Of a stretch of DNA of 64,000 nt, positions 9,120-20,000 are shown piece by piece. Both the position numbers and the translations under genes were made by a program. Location of the stretch: positions 54,482 to 118,481 of IMG/VR virus record IMGVR_UViG_3300040801_002923; one strand, given 5' to 3'. The notes beneath the pieces were generated by a model. The model ran no database searches. It had not been told where the DNA came from and worked only from the letters and a program-made list of their open reading frames with translations. The DNA comes from a virus. Numbering within the stretch: position 1 is the stretch's first letter; every line of letters starts with the position of its first letter.

Positions 9120-9608
9120 ATGTCAGGAGTAGTCCTACTAAGACCAGTTGGTGGCGGCGGATCAGGAACGTCAAATATCACGATCAGTACGATTAACGGC
9201 CAGCTGGTACCTACATTTCAGGACACCACACGTTCAAAGCAGCTTAGCGTTACAGATCACCCAGTTGTGTGGTCTGAAAATAGGCTACGCGACCGCGATT
9301 GGCTAAATATTGGTAATGCCGTCGATGCTGTGAGTGGTTATATTGCTGACCTCAATGGAACAATTGTGAGTGCCGTTGCACAATGTGAGAGCACAGGAGT
9401 TGCGGAAAAGGAAATCCACGTGTTCGTAAATGGCACAGATCAGGGAAGTTTGGGTATTTTAGGTCCGGGAACTGGAGTGACCTTTATAAATACATCAACA
9501 GACATTGACTTTAACCAAGGCGACTTGATTCGCCTCCGTGCCCTGGATGGCGTTTCGGGCCAGATTGAAGACACGGTGGTTAAACTCACACTAAAGTGGC
9601 GAGCTTAA
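9120..9608 (+). CDS. Virion structural protein, stand-alone copy of the C-terminal domain of the 9623 gene product
   Basis: TTR.K.LS....VVWSENR....W..IGNAVDA.SGY...N.TIV and IEDTVV...LKWR shared with the end of the 949 aa protein. Confidence 0.75.
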   Translation: MSGVVLLRPVGGGGSGTSNITISTINGQLVPTFQDTTRSKQLSVTDHPVVWSENRLRDRDWLNIGNAVDAVSGYIADLNGTIVSAVAQCESTGVAEKEIHVFVNGTDQGSLGILGPGTGVTFINTSTDIDFNQGDLIRLRALDGVSGQIEDTVVKLTLKWRA

Positions 9609-9622
9609 GGAGAAGCTAACAA

Positions 9623-12472
9623 ATGAGTTTTATCGTTCGTAACCTAACAGGTTCGGCAATCGCGATTGACGATCTGGGGTTGACAATCCCGGCATCAGCT
9701 GACCTGGACATCACATCCGAGCAACCACAAGACGTTGCTCTATCTGACGACCTTGTAGCTGCCATTCAAGCGAACAGCGTCGCTGTTCTAGATCCACTCG
9801 ATGGAACTACCCCACTAAACGCGGCACGAAGTGAAGAGATCGTTCGTGTTCACAACGATCCGCACTATCGGATCCGAGGTGGTACTCTAGATCAGCTCGA
9901 AGATGTTGATCTGACTGGTGCAGCACAAGACTTCGTGCTGCAGCAAAACGGTGCAGGCACGTTCGTTCCCGTATCTCCTTCATCGCTTGCTTCGAACATT
10001 AATCTCGACGACCTCGGTGATGTTGATGACGCAACGCCACACACTCTCGACACAATTTATGTGTTCAAGGGTGATGGCACAAACCTCGATGTCGTTGACG
10101 CAACAGCTGATCCAGAATTTGGTGAGGTTATCGAAGACATTATTGGTGCAGCATTCCAGAATGGTACTGACACCACTTTTGTGTATGACGATGGGAATGG
10201 TACTCTTCAGGTAGACGTTGATGACGTATTCCTACGCAACACAGGCGATACACTCGACAGCGGCACGCTAACAATCGCTTCTGGTGCAGCAATCAACGTA
10301 GCGACGGGCGGCACGCTTACAATCCAAGACGATCCCGTTAACCCCAAGGATGCGGCTAACAAGGAGTACGTTGACAGCGTAGCATCAGGTCTCGATCCAA
10401 AAGAATCCGTACGAGTCGCAACGACGCCAGTAGGCGGTGACATTGGTGGTACATATAACTCTGCTGGTGGTACAGGCGGTACGGGTAACTTCACCGGTGT
10501 CGACCTTACCTCCGATGCGATTTTCGACGGTGTGCCATCAGGCGTCGGCGCTCTCCAGGTCGGCGACCGTATTCTCATCAAAAACCAGACTGACAGCACA
10601 CAGAACGGTATCTACGTTGTAACCGTTGCTGGGGCAGCTGGCTCTATCGAACGTGCTCCGGACCACGACGCCTCTCCTTCTAACGAAGTGTCTGGTGGTA
10701 ACTTCACGTTCGTTGAGAACGGTACCGTTAACGCGGGCACAGGTTGGGTATTGCAGGGCGACGGCGAACAAACACTGAACACAGATCCGATCACATGGGC
10801 GCAGTTCAGCGAAAGTACAACATTGAACGCCGGGGAAGGTCTGTCGCAGAGTGGTAGCACAATTGATCTCGATATCGACGACCTAACCGTTGCTTCAATC
10901 GTAGATACAGACTTCCTTGCGTTTCACGATGGCAACGGAGCAGCACAGCCATCCGGTTCTCAAACATACAAGATTACAGCAGCTGACTTTATTGCTGATC
11001 TGGGTATTCTCACCGGTGGTCCAGGTGGCGCTCTAACAGCGTCTGATGGTGTCCTGATCACAGCTGGTAATGACATCCAGCTTGACATCACTAGCCTCGC
11101 CAACACGCCTGTAACAGCTGCTGATGAGCTGGTATTTGACGATGGTGCTTCAGGCTCTCACATCAAGCGTACGGCTGGTGACTTCCTTAACGACTTGGAC
11201 GTTGTACGCAATCTGGGTGGTAACGGTATTGCTGTACAAACGGCGCCTGACACATATACGGCACGCTCAATCGCAGTTGATGGTCTTGGCAACCTAGACG
11301 GTCTTGCCGTTACAAACGGTGACGGTGTTGCTGGTAACCCTACACTCGGCCTCGACATCCAGAACCTGCCAATTCAAACGGGCATTTCCACAGTTGACCG
11401 AGTTGCTGTTTACGACGTAACTGCCGATGCAAACGTCTACTACACAGTTGGCGACATCGCTGGTGCTCTTGCAAACGTCAACTCTTTTGAAACATGGTCC
11501 GCAGCTGGTAACACGACAGGTGATGCGAGCATCGTTGCCGACGACGCGACCGATACAGTAACACTGACTGGTGGCACGGGTATCAACATCGATTTCAATT
11601 CCGCGTCTGATACGCTGGTATTTGACTTCGACGTCGCCCTACTGACAGCTGGTACAGGTCCTCTTACGCTTTCGGATCAGATTGTTGTACTCGACGGTAC
11701 AGATAATCTGCGCTTCACACTGCAGGATCTGGTTGACGATCTCGACATCGTTAACGGTATCGCGGCTGACGGTATTCTGGTCCGCACAGCAGCTGATACA
11801 TACGCTTCTCGCACGATCGAAGCTTCCGCCGCAGCTGGCGAAGAAGGTCTAACGGTAACAAACGGCGACGGTGTTGCTGGTAACCCAACAGTCGGCCTAG
11901 ATATCGACAACCTGGCTGACAGCGCCGACGATCTAGCGGCAACTGATGAGCTTGTTGCATTCGATGGCACGAACAATGTTTCGATGTCTGGTCAGCAGGT
12001 TGCTGACGGTGTATCAACAATTCTGGGTCTAGGCGGATTGACGGTAACAACAATCGGCGGCCAGGAAGTCCTAACACTCGAAGATACAACACGAGCAAAC
12101 AAAGTGCTTTCGATTGAGACAACGCCAGTTGTATGGTCTGAAAACCGCATCACCAACAACGATTGGATGAGTATCGGTAACGCCGTTGACGCCGACAGTG
12201 GATATGTTCTTCCTCTCAACGCAACAATTGTTAAGGTGTCGATGCACACAGCAGACGACAATAACAACTCGAAGGGCATCGATCTTTACATCGACGGTGT
12301 GAATAACGGTAACATCGCTGCGTTCACAGCTGTGAACGGTGAAAACGAAGTTACCGACGTTACTCTCAACATCGATGTCAACGCTGGCCAGAAGATTCGT
12401 CTACGCGGCGATGCAGCCGGTGGTGTAATTGAGGACACTGTAGTTACCGTATGGCTCAAGTGGAGAGGCTAA
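9623..12472 (+). CDS. Long fibre/appendage structural protein (949 aa)
   Basis: KDAANKEYVD..ASGLDPKESVRVAT...GDRILIKNQ...NGIYVV fibre module; repeated L.VTNGDGVAGNPT.GLDI.NL; acidic Gly/Thr-rich composition. Confidence 0.8.
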   Translation: MSFIVRNLTGSAIAIDDLGLTIPASADLDITSEQPQDVALSDDLVAAIQANSVAVLDPLDGTTPLNAARSEEIVRVHNDPHYRIRGGTLDQLEDVDLTGAAQDFVLQQNGAGTFVPVSPSSLASNINLDDLGDVDDATPHTLDTIYVFKGDGTNLDVVDATADPEFGEVIEDIIGAAFQNGTDTTFVYDDGNGTLQVDVDDVFLRNTGDTLDSGTLTIASGAAINVATGGTLTIQDDPVNPKDAANKEYVDSVASGLDPKESVRVATTPVGGDIGGTYNSAGGTGGTGNFTGVDLTSDAIFDGVPSGVGALQVGDRILIKNQTDSTQNGIYVVTVAGAAGSIERAPDHDASPSNEVSGGNFTFVENGTVNAGTGWVLQGDGEQTLNTDPITWAQFSESTTLNAGEGLSQSGSTIDLDIDDLTVASIVDTDFLAFHDGNGAAQPSGSQTYKITAADFIADLGILTGGPGGALTASDGVLITAGNDIQLDITSLANTPVTAADELVFDDGASGSHIKRTAGDFLNDLDVVRNLGGNGIAVQTAPDTYTARSIAVDGLGNLDGLAVTNGDGVAGNPTLGLDIQNLPIQTGISTVDRVAVYDVTADANVYYTVGDIAGALANVNSFETWSAAGNTTGDASIVADDATDTVTLTGGTGINIDFNSASDTLVFDFDVALLTAGTGPLTLSDQIVVLDGTDNLRFTLQDLVDDLDIVNGIAADGILVRTAADTYASRTIEASAAAGEEGLTVTNGDGVAGNPTVGLDIDNLADSADDLAATDELVAFDGTNNVSMSGQQVADGVSTILGLGGLTVTTIGGQEVLTLEDTTRANKVLSIETTPVVWSENRITNNDWMSIGNAVDADSGYVLPLNATIVKVSMHTADDNNNSKGIDLYIDGVNNGNIAAFTAVNGENEVTDVTLNIDVNAGQKIRLRGDAAGGVIEDTVVTVWLKWRG

Positions 12473-12489
12473 TCATCTGATTAGCCTCT
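12464..12489 (+). terminator. Perfect 12 bp inverted repeat over the stop codon (terminator or processing hairpin)
   Basis: AGAGGCTAATCA-TC-TGATTAGCCTCT; weak U-tract. Confidence 0.5.
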
Positions 12490-12490
12490 T

Positions 12491-12523
12491 ACTCTCCTAA
12501 ATACGTTAATACTGTTGGAGAGT
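12491..12523 (+). promoter_or_regulatory. Late promoter inside an RBS-sequestering hairpin
   Basis: ACTCTCC (12491-97) pairs with GGAGAGT (12517-23, the RBS); TAAATA at 12498-12503 lies between the arms. Confidence 0.6.
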
Positions 12524-12531
12524 GCTAAAGC

Positions 12532-13476
12532 GTGTTCATAATTCGTAATGTTGCTCCGGGGGTTGTAATACTCGATGATTTGGGTATCGAGCTGCAGCCC
12601 TTGGAGGAGTACAACTTCTCTGAAAACGAGAGTCCAAACGATGTTCAAATCAGTAGCGATCTCCGCGATCGCATCAGCGCTGGTGACATTGTTGTACTTG
12701 ACCCCCTCGACAACGTAACGGCCCTTAACACTATTCGTAGTTTAGAAGCTGTCGATCTAGCCAACTCTCCGAACTACCGCATCTTTGGGGGTGACCTCAA
12801 CCAGCTCGAAGATGTTGTGATCACCACACCAACCACCAATCAGTTACTGAGATACAACGGTTCGGAGTGGGTGAACGTAACGATTGACGAAATCGGAACG
12901 ATCGTTGTAGAGGATGAGGGGGTGACAGTTCCAGGCGGACCGCACGGCACTCTCAATTTCGTGGGGCCGGGCGTAGTTGTAACAGACGCCGGCAACGGCG
13001 AAGCAACGGTAACAATCACTGGTACTGAGCAATCGCATCTACTACGCACCAATGGAGTAACCACTCAAACGTTTAACACAACCCCAATCACAGTGTTGTT
13101 TGGTACGAGCGTACGCACAGACACGGAGTTCGCATATAGTGCTGGAGTTGTTACTGTGAGTGAAGCCGGCTGGTACGATATTGCATTTGATGTCACCACA
13201 CAAGCCACGGCGGGTACTGCATTCTTCTCAACGGCCCAAGCGACTGCCCAAGCATCTATCTTCATAAATGGTGTGGAAGACACCGACACGAGAGCATATG
13301 GGTGGCACCACGCTTCTGCTGGCAATACAACTACTTTCTCTAGTCGGATGAAGGTTAATCTCGCGGCTAATGACGATATAGAAGTACGCGTCGTTCGTTC
13401 GGGCGGAGACAACTTGGGACTACAAACACTAGCACAGGGATGTCGATTGGCTATTCAATCGATCGACGCACCATAA
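12532..13476 (+). CDS. Fibre protein with C1q/TNF-like C-terminal head
   Basis: N-terminus homologous to the 9623 protein; C-terminal GVVTV.EAGWY.I.F.V...L..ND.IEV C1q-like pattern. Confidence 0.7.
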   Translation: MFIIRNVAPGVVILDDLGIELQPLEEYNFSENESPNDVQISSDLRDRISAGDIVVLDPLDNVTALNTIRSLEAVDLANSPNYRIFGGDLNQLEDVVITTPTTNQLLRYNGSEWVNVTIDEIGTIVVEDEGVTVPGGPHGTLNFVGPGVVVTDAGNGEATVTITGTEQSHLLRTNGVTTQTFNTTPITVLFGTSVRTDTEFAYSAGVVTVSEAGWYDIAFDVTTQATAGTAFFSTAQATAQASIFINGVEDTDTRAYGWHHASAGNTTTFSSRMKVNLAANDDIEVRVVRSGGDNLGLQTLAQGCRLAIQSIDAP

Positions 13477-13477
13477 T

Positions 13478-15145
13478 ATGGCAGTCACTTATCTAAGAGC
13501 GTTTACAACAACATGTCCGGGTGCTCTAATTGACGCAGTTAACGATGACGTGTCAATCACACCGGTACTTGAACAGATCACAAACGAAGGTGGAGCTGGG
13601 AACTCTACGTTCTACTTCACGTCTGCTCTATCCGGGCCAGAAGAGACAGCTTTTGATGCTATTCTCTCAACGTGGACGTGTGATCCTATTCCTGAAACGT
13701 ACACCAGTTTCGACGAGTTTGCTGACGATGTGCGCGGATTTGGAATCTACGCGTACGCAAAGACGCAGGGCAATGGTACGCCTGTTTCGAGCAATGGTTT
13801 GCTGGTTACGCGAACGGGCGTCGGCGTATATCAGTACGAATTCACACAACCATACGGTTCTGCCGATTACGCAGTAGTTGGCAATCCAATTCTAACCGTA
13901 ACCGATACCAATTTGCAGGTATCAAACGAAACATCAACAGGATTCACAGTTACGGTAGGACAAGGCGATAACGGTACAACATCTGATGTGCCAGTCGACG
14001 AACTCCACACAGTTGTTGTGTTTGGCGTAGATGGACCAACTGGCTTAGGAAGTGCTTACCAATCATGGCTTGCAGTTGGTAATGTAGGAACAGAAGAAGA
14101 CTTCCTTGATGATCTTCGTCCACCACCAGCCGATCTCGCTGTCGTTCAGGCTCGTCGTTCTACAATTGCTGCAGATATCCCCCTCGCGTGGATTGATGTA
14201 AACTTTGATGTCACTGATGTAGAAAACGATCCTGCGGTTATAGAGCACGACGATGTTCTTCGTGATCGCATCCTGATCAAGGAAACAGGACTGTACGAAG
14301 TGTGGTATTCGTGGACCGTTGACGACGAAGCGCAGGGCCGTGTGCGTGTTAACGATAATGTTGTCCTGCCTGGATCTGAGCGCGAGGCTGGTGAGATATT
14401 CGACGCCAATGATGTTATCGTAAGCATGAGCGTGAAAACAATCGCTCAGCTAACAGCGGGTGATTTCCTAACAGTTCAGATCCAATCACGCACAACAGCC
14501 GAAATTTTGTTTGAGAATGCGACATTCATTGTAACAAAACTTGAAGGCACCCAGGGCCCAGCTGGCCCACCTGGTGCTGGTTCTTCGGTTGTGCTCGAAG
14601 ACGAGGGTGCTTTGGTACCCGGTGGCCCTCACGGTATACTTAACTTTGTTGGCGACGGCGTCAACGTAGTTGACGCAGGCGGCGGTAGAGCTACTGTCAA
14701 CGTTCCCGGTTTCGAAGGAAAGGAAATCTTCTACCACCACAACGGCACAACGACGCAGACGTTGTCAGGTTCGTTTGCTACAGCGCTGTTTAACTCAGCT
14801 GTTCGAACAGACGGTGGAGCTTTCTCGTATGCTTCAGGAGAAGTGACAGTCACACAAACGGGGTGGTATGAAGTCACATACAACATCGGCGCTGACTCCG
14901 ACAATGGCGATCGCTCGACACTAGAAGCAGTGCTTCAGCAAAATGCTGTCGACGTGCCAGGCACGTTTGCTTACTCGTATCATCGAACTTCCGCCGCGGG
15001 TGAAAATACAGCGTCATGCACAGCGATTGTAAATATCACAGCGAACGATGTGATGCGAGTTCGGATTCGCATTCGCGACGGCTCAGGAATCGTAACACTA
15101 TCGAACGCGTGCCGCCTAATGATTAGACGCGTCGATGGGCCTTAA
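13478..15145 (+). CDS. Fibre protein with tandem C1q-like domains and a short collagen-like linker
   Basis: ILIKETGLYEV, GTQGPAGPPGAG, GEVTVTQTGWYEV; EDEG..VPGGPHG.LNFVG module shared with the 12532 protein. Confidence 0.7.
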   Translation: MAVTYLRAFTTTCPGALIDAVNDDVSITPVLEQITNEGGAGNSTFYFTSALSGPEETAFDAILSTWTCDPIPETYTSFDEFADDVRGFGIYAYAKTQGNGTPVSSNGLLVTRTGVGVYQYEFTQPYGSADYAVVGNPILTVTDTNLQVSNETSTGFTVTVGQGDNGTTSDVPVDELHTVVVFGVDGPTGLGSAYQSWLAVGNVGTEEDFLDDLRPPPADLAVVQARRSTIAADIPLAWIDVNFDVTDVENDPAVIEHDDVLRDRILIKETGLYEVWYSWTVDDEAQGRVRVNDNVVLPGSEREAGEIFDANDVIVSMSVKTIAQLTAGDFLTVQIQSRTTAEILFENATFIVTKLEGTQGPAGPPGAGSSVVLEDEGALVPGGPHGILNFVGDGVNVVDAGGGRATVNVPGFEGKEIFYHHNGTTTQTLSGSFATALFNSAVRTDGGAFSYASGEVTVTQTGWYEVTYNIGADSDNGDRSTLEAVLQQNAVDVPGTFAYSYHRTSAAGENTASCTAIVNITANDVMRVRIRIRDGSGIVTLSNACRLMIRRVDGP

Positions 15146-15155
15146 AGAGTAAGCT

Positions 15156-15947
15156 ATGTCAAACTATACCAGAACATTTTCAACCGACTGTCCTGCTGCT
15201 CTGCTTGAGGCTATCAACGCAGATGCTAACATCACATCTTCGCTGGTGCAGATTGTCTCTCTTGCTGGGGGTACTGCAATATTTGAGTTCGACGGCGAAC
15301 TGACGAGCAACGAAGTCACACAACTTGATGGCATATTGTCGGGGTGGACGTGCCCACCGCCAGTAAATGATATCGACGGAATGCTTGTTGTCGACGGTGA
15401 TCCTGCTGAGACCACACCAAACACACTTTGGTCCTCGTCACGCGTGGTTGAATTCACTACAGCTGAGATTACTGCAGTTTCAGCTGGCGATCCAAATAAC
15501 CTAACTGGTAAGACGTTTGGTGCAACGTTTGTTCACAACTCCGGCGCAAAAAACGTATGGCTGCGACACGAATCTCATGACGGTGGGCTATCTTCAGATA
15601 AGGTACCTTTTGTGATTCCATGGGATTGTAACCTAGTAGCGGTTACATACAGCAACCGTGAGTACACATCACGTGTTGACGTTGAAGTATGGGCCACACC
15701 TCTGGGGCAGAACCCTGAGACTAACTGCACAAAAAAATGTACTTTGGAAATTCGCAACCATCGAACTGCTGTAGCAACAGACCTTGGAGGTACTATCGCA
15801 TTCAATCGGGGCGATACGGTAGCTGTATACGTAGCCGACCGGGGAGAAGAAGCTGATCACCCCGTTGTTCACCTAACGATGCTAATCACCGACAACACGA
15901 TTGGTAATGTTAGCGATAACTTCCGCGACGATTTCGACCGCGACTAA
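15156..15947 (+). CDS. Virion structural protein
   Basis: N-terminus Y.R.F.T.CP.AL..A.N.D..IT..L.QI...WTC.P shared with the 13478 protein. Confidence 0.7.
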   Translation: MSNYTRTFSTDCPAALLEAINADANITSSLVQIVSLAGGTAIFEFDGELTSNEVTQLDGILSGWTCPPPVNDIDGMLVVDGDPAETTPNTLWSSSRVVEFTTAEITAVSAGDPNNLTGKTFGATFVHNSGAKNVWLRHESHDGGLSSDKVPFVIPWDCNLVAVTYSNREYTSRVDVEVWATPLGQNPETNCTKKCTLEIRNHRTAVATDLGGTIAFNRGDTVAVYVADRGEEADHPVVHLTMLITDNTIGNVSDNFRDDFDRD

Positions 15948-15961
15948 TAGGTAAATACAAC

Positions 15962-16993
15962 ATGGCAAGAATCTACACACTAACTAACGTATCAGGTACT
16001 TCGCGAACATACGCAGGTCAGACAATTGCTGACACAGCTACGTATACGGTTGCTAACGAAACAGAGCGTCAGGCCTTTAAGTCCGACAAGAATCTATTCC
16101 AAGCCGTATCATCGGGAATCGTCCGTGTTGGTGATGGCACCACGATTTTCGACGATCCCATTAAGGGATGGGAATGGTTGCAGGGCGCTGTCCCCGAAGT
16201 AACAATCGCTCAAAACACACCCGCGCTGGGTGGTAAAGTTGCTGTGCACTCGTCATCGAAACCAGAGCTCGAAGGTACGGAAACGTTTGTTGTGTGGACG
16301 GGTGCAGGCGATGATCCCAACGCTGCAGATGGCTGTGGTCTCGGCGATGGTGACCTGCTAAACTTTCAAATGACGATTGGCACGCCGCATGTAACGAAAG
16401 ACGTAATATGGAGCCAAAGAGAATTTGGCCGCGTGTGGATTCACGAAGCGTACTTGAAATTCACCAGTGGCGGTAATGGTGATTACATCACCGCACTCGT
16501 GATGTCAAAGCCGTCGACTATTCTGGATGCAGCCACCGTATCAGCACTCGAAGGAGCGGGACAGATTCCTCCCGGCGCGGTAAGTTTGGATCTTGTTCAG
16601 CACGAAACAGACGCAACCAGATTTAAGATGTCGCCCGATGGGCCGGGAACGGGTACACACGGCTTCGGCGACACACCTGTTTTGGTTCCTCACACATTCA
16701 CCAAGAATGGCGATTGGGACTATGATGGCGTCAACTTAATCCCGAACGTGAATGGAACCGGTGCATTCACTATTCACACCACCGAAATGAGTTGCCACAA
16801 ATACGTAAACAAAGTTCCGTGCTTTGGTACATGCTCGACGTATTTCATGATGTCATCAGACGAGACGGCTGAAATCCGTGATGGCTATTTTGTCCGGATA
16901 ACATGCTATAACAACTCTAACACTAACTGGCAAGCGTCTGTGCTGATGGAGATTTATCGAGAGCAAACTGTCTCGCACGATTGCACCGTGTAA
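15962..16993 (+). CDS. Virion structural protein
   Basis: TAAATA 4 nt before ATG; N-terminus weakly similar to those of the 9623 and 12532 proteins. Confidence 0.65.
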   Translation: MARIYTLTNVSGTSRTYAGQTIADTATYTVANETERQAFKSDKNLFQAVSSGIVRVGDGTTIFDDPIKGWEWLQGAVPEVTIAQNTPALGGKVAVHSSSKPELEGTETFVVWTGAGDDPNAADGCGLGDGDLLNFQMTIGTPHVTKDVIWSQREFGRVWIHEAYLKFTSGGNGDYITALVMSKPSTILDAATVSALEGAGQIPPGAVSLDLVQHETDATRFKMSPDGPGTGTHGFGDTPVLVPHTFTKNGDWDYDGVNLIPNVNGTGAFTIHTTEMSCHKYVNKVPCFGTCSTYFMMSSDETAEIRDGYFVRITCYNNSNTNWQASVLMEIYREQTVSHDCTV

Positions 16994-17023
16994 TAAATAC
17001 CTCTCATAACGCGCTATGAGAGG
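16994..17023 (+). promoter_or_regulatory. Late promoter with RBS-sequestering hairpin
   Basis: TAAATA at 16994-99, then CCTCTCATA-6 nt-TATGAGAGG covering the RBS of 17030. Confidence 0.65.
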
Positions 17024-17029
17024 CTATAA

Positions 17030-20000
17030 ATGAGACTGAACTTTCGCCAGGGAATCGTAAGCTACCCGCAGCCAGGTAACCCACCTAGCTTTCTGCTTGT
17101 GAGTGGTAACTTCGTTGATCTTCGTACAACCAACGGCCCAATAAGTGTTACGTTTGCCCACAAAGATACCGATTACTTCTTCTCTGAAGGAAGAGATGTA
17201 GTCGGAGCTTGGGGACCATTCCCCGATGGCTTTCCGGTGTGGTTGTACTGGGATATCGATCGTCAAACTGGCCAGCGTACTTTCGGTCACACAACTGTGG
17301 AGCCTATCGCCAGTATTTCAGCTCCTCTCGATCCTGTAGAAGACCAGCATTGGTTCAACACAGGCAATGCAACACACTTTGTGTGGCAAAGTGGTCGATG
17401 GGTAGAGGTAATTCGCGTCTTTGCAGCTCGATACGATGGTGGTGGTATTCCGTTTGGCGCGCTCGGCAGCAATTCACAACTCCCCTTCGCAGGTACACAG
17501 GTCGGTCTTGTTGGTGGAACAGTTTTCGCTGGCACACTTCTATTTGACGAAGCTGGCAACCCTATTGTAAAGTCTTCAAACGGCACATTCTACACCACTG
17601 AAACAGAGTTCTTCTCCGGTGCTACACGTATCAATGGTATCCGCCTCGAGAGCGACGTCATCACAGGCGTCGTCGCGCAGAACACACCCGCGTACTCCGT
17701 TGTCCGTTTCGGCTCAGACAACCGACTACAACTAGCTGAATACAACGACTCAGAGCTCAATGCAATCGCGATTACAACGCAGCAAGGGCTTGTTAATGAT
17801 TTGATCAACGTTGTGGCTCAAGGTGTTGTCGTCAATGAACAGTGGAACTGGCCTAACATTGGTGCTGCCTTGTACATCGGTGCGGGTGGAGTGCTCACAG
17901 AAGAAGACGCGCACGATACAAATCCATCAGTATTCCCAATCGCAAGAGTCCCAGTCGCTCGTGTAATCGGCAGACGCTCAGTTATCTTCCAACAAGGTCT
18001 CGGTGGGGTTGGTCCTGCAGGTCCGGCTGGTAGTGTTGGTAATCTACCTTTCGCCTCGTCAACAGAGCGCGGTACGACGTTCCTCGACGTAGACCCTGCA
18101 ACAGGCACACTACCCATCGCAGTTGGCGTTAACAGTCCGTTGCTGGCTGGCGCGCCTTTTGCGCCTCTAGCTCACCTCACGGATCCAAACGCACACCCAG
18201 CAACGAGTATCACATTCGCGCCGAGCGGTAACCTAACGTCAACTGACGTGCAGGCGGCACTCGAAGAGCTCGATACGTTTGCTCAGAGTATTGCAGCAGG
18301 ATTTGATCCAAAGGAATCTGTGCGTGCAGCTACAAACGGACCACTAGCGGGCGCTGTATACACCCCAACAAACGGTTTCGCAGGTACAGGCCAATTTACG
18401 TCCCCGCCTACGGTGATTGACGGCGTGACGCTGCAGACAGGCGACCGTGTTCTTGTTAAAGATCAAGCTGATCCTCGTGAGAACGGCATCTACACAGTCG
18501 TTACAGCGGGTGGTTTCTGGGACCGAGCTCCTGATCAAAACGGCACACCATCGGCCGAAGTGTCCGCTGGTAACTTCACGGTCGTTGAGCAGGGTGCTGT
18601 AAACACCAACGTTGGATGGATCCTCGCCGGCAACGGTGAACTTACACTGAACACGGATCCACTCGTATGGGTTCGCTTCTCCGGAGGCGTTCCACTATCG
18701 CACCTGACCGATCCCGACGCACACACTGCAGCTAATATCACCAACGTAGCCGCCGTGTCAACGCAGTTTGGCACACCGTCGGTCGTCGCCGATGTTGCAG
18801 CAACAGATGTTCAGGGAGCAGTTAACGAGCTACTCGACGAGAAGGCTCTGGCACGTCCTGCCTACACCGCGTTTGGAAATCTACCTGATGCAACCACGGC
18901 TAGTGGAATGTATGCCTTCGTTTCTGGCGACGACAAGCACTATGTGTCTGACGGCGTTGATTGGATCGGCCTGATCCGAGAAGACTCCAATCTCACAATT
19001 GATATTCCTTTCTTTGCGCGCGATACGTGGGCAACACCTGGTGATATCATGGCGTCATACGTCGCCGCAAGAACCATTACCGTTCCGGCTGGTGCTCCAG
19101 GTTCTGTTGCTGTGGCCAACACACCAGCAGCATCAAACACCAGCTTCGATCTGGTTCAGGTTCCTGTTGGCGGTGTCGGTTCTTTCATCGTCGGCACAGT
19201 AGACTTTGCAGCTGGATCAAACGTCGGTACTTTCAACGTTGCTGCTAACTTTGGTCTAATTGCTGGCGAGCAGCTTCGCCTTGTTGCCTCGGCACCTGTT
19301 GACGGTACGATTGCTGACATTTCCGTTAACATCGTTGGTTGTGCACCTCTAGCAGTTTGCATCCCTGTAACACCTGCACCGCCTCCTGTTGTCGGTCCAG
19401 AACTACTGATCTTCGGCTATGCATATGACGGTGTGTTCTCCTTGGATCCTGAAGATCCACCAATTGTGATTGCAGATGCTGGATATCTTGTCGATGCGTA
19501 CGCTGTCACGGAAAATAGTGACCTAAGTGACGTGATTGCACAAGGTGGCGATCCTATCACAAGCATCACCATCCGCGCGACGCATTACTACGCAGCCCCT
19601 GATAACTTCACACAGGTAGAGCGCGAAACGCCGCCCGAGTATCCATCGAGCGAGTGGTATGCTCTAGGCACAGGACCTAACCCAACGTATGGTGTTCGTC
19701 TGACGTACAACGCAGCGAGTGTAGATTATCCAGCTCTAACGCCGCTGGATATCACCTCTCTCACAGGCACGTTCGACTACACAGAACTTGCTGGTGGAAC
19801 ACCATCGGCTATCGGCCATTGGATTCGCGCGGAAGTCACAGCTGAGAACGGCGGTGGTGGTGAAACCGTTAAGGCTCTCTACCTGCGCAGACAAGTCGCA
19901 CAACCAAACGACTTGAACGCAATAGATCTCCTACTGACTGTTGATGGCTGGGTAGACCAGCACGACGCTCCAGTAACGCCTCTTGCACGTAATGCCGGTG

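Noticed and set aside
11310-11915. Direct repeat (ACAAACGG.GACGGTGTTGCTGGTAACCC.ACA.TCGGCCT) considered as a DGR or recombination cassette
   Set aside because: In-frame protein repeat with mostly synonymous differences; no adenine-specific pattern and no reverse transcriptase or invertase in the window
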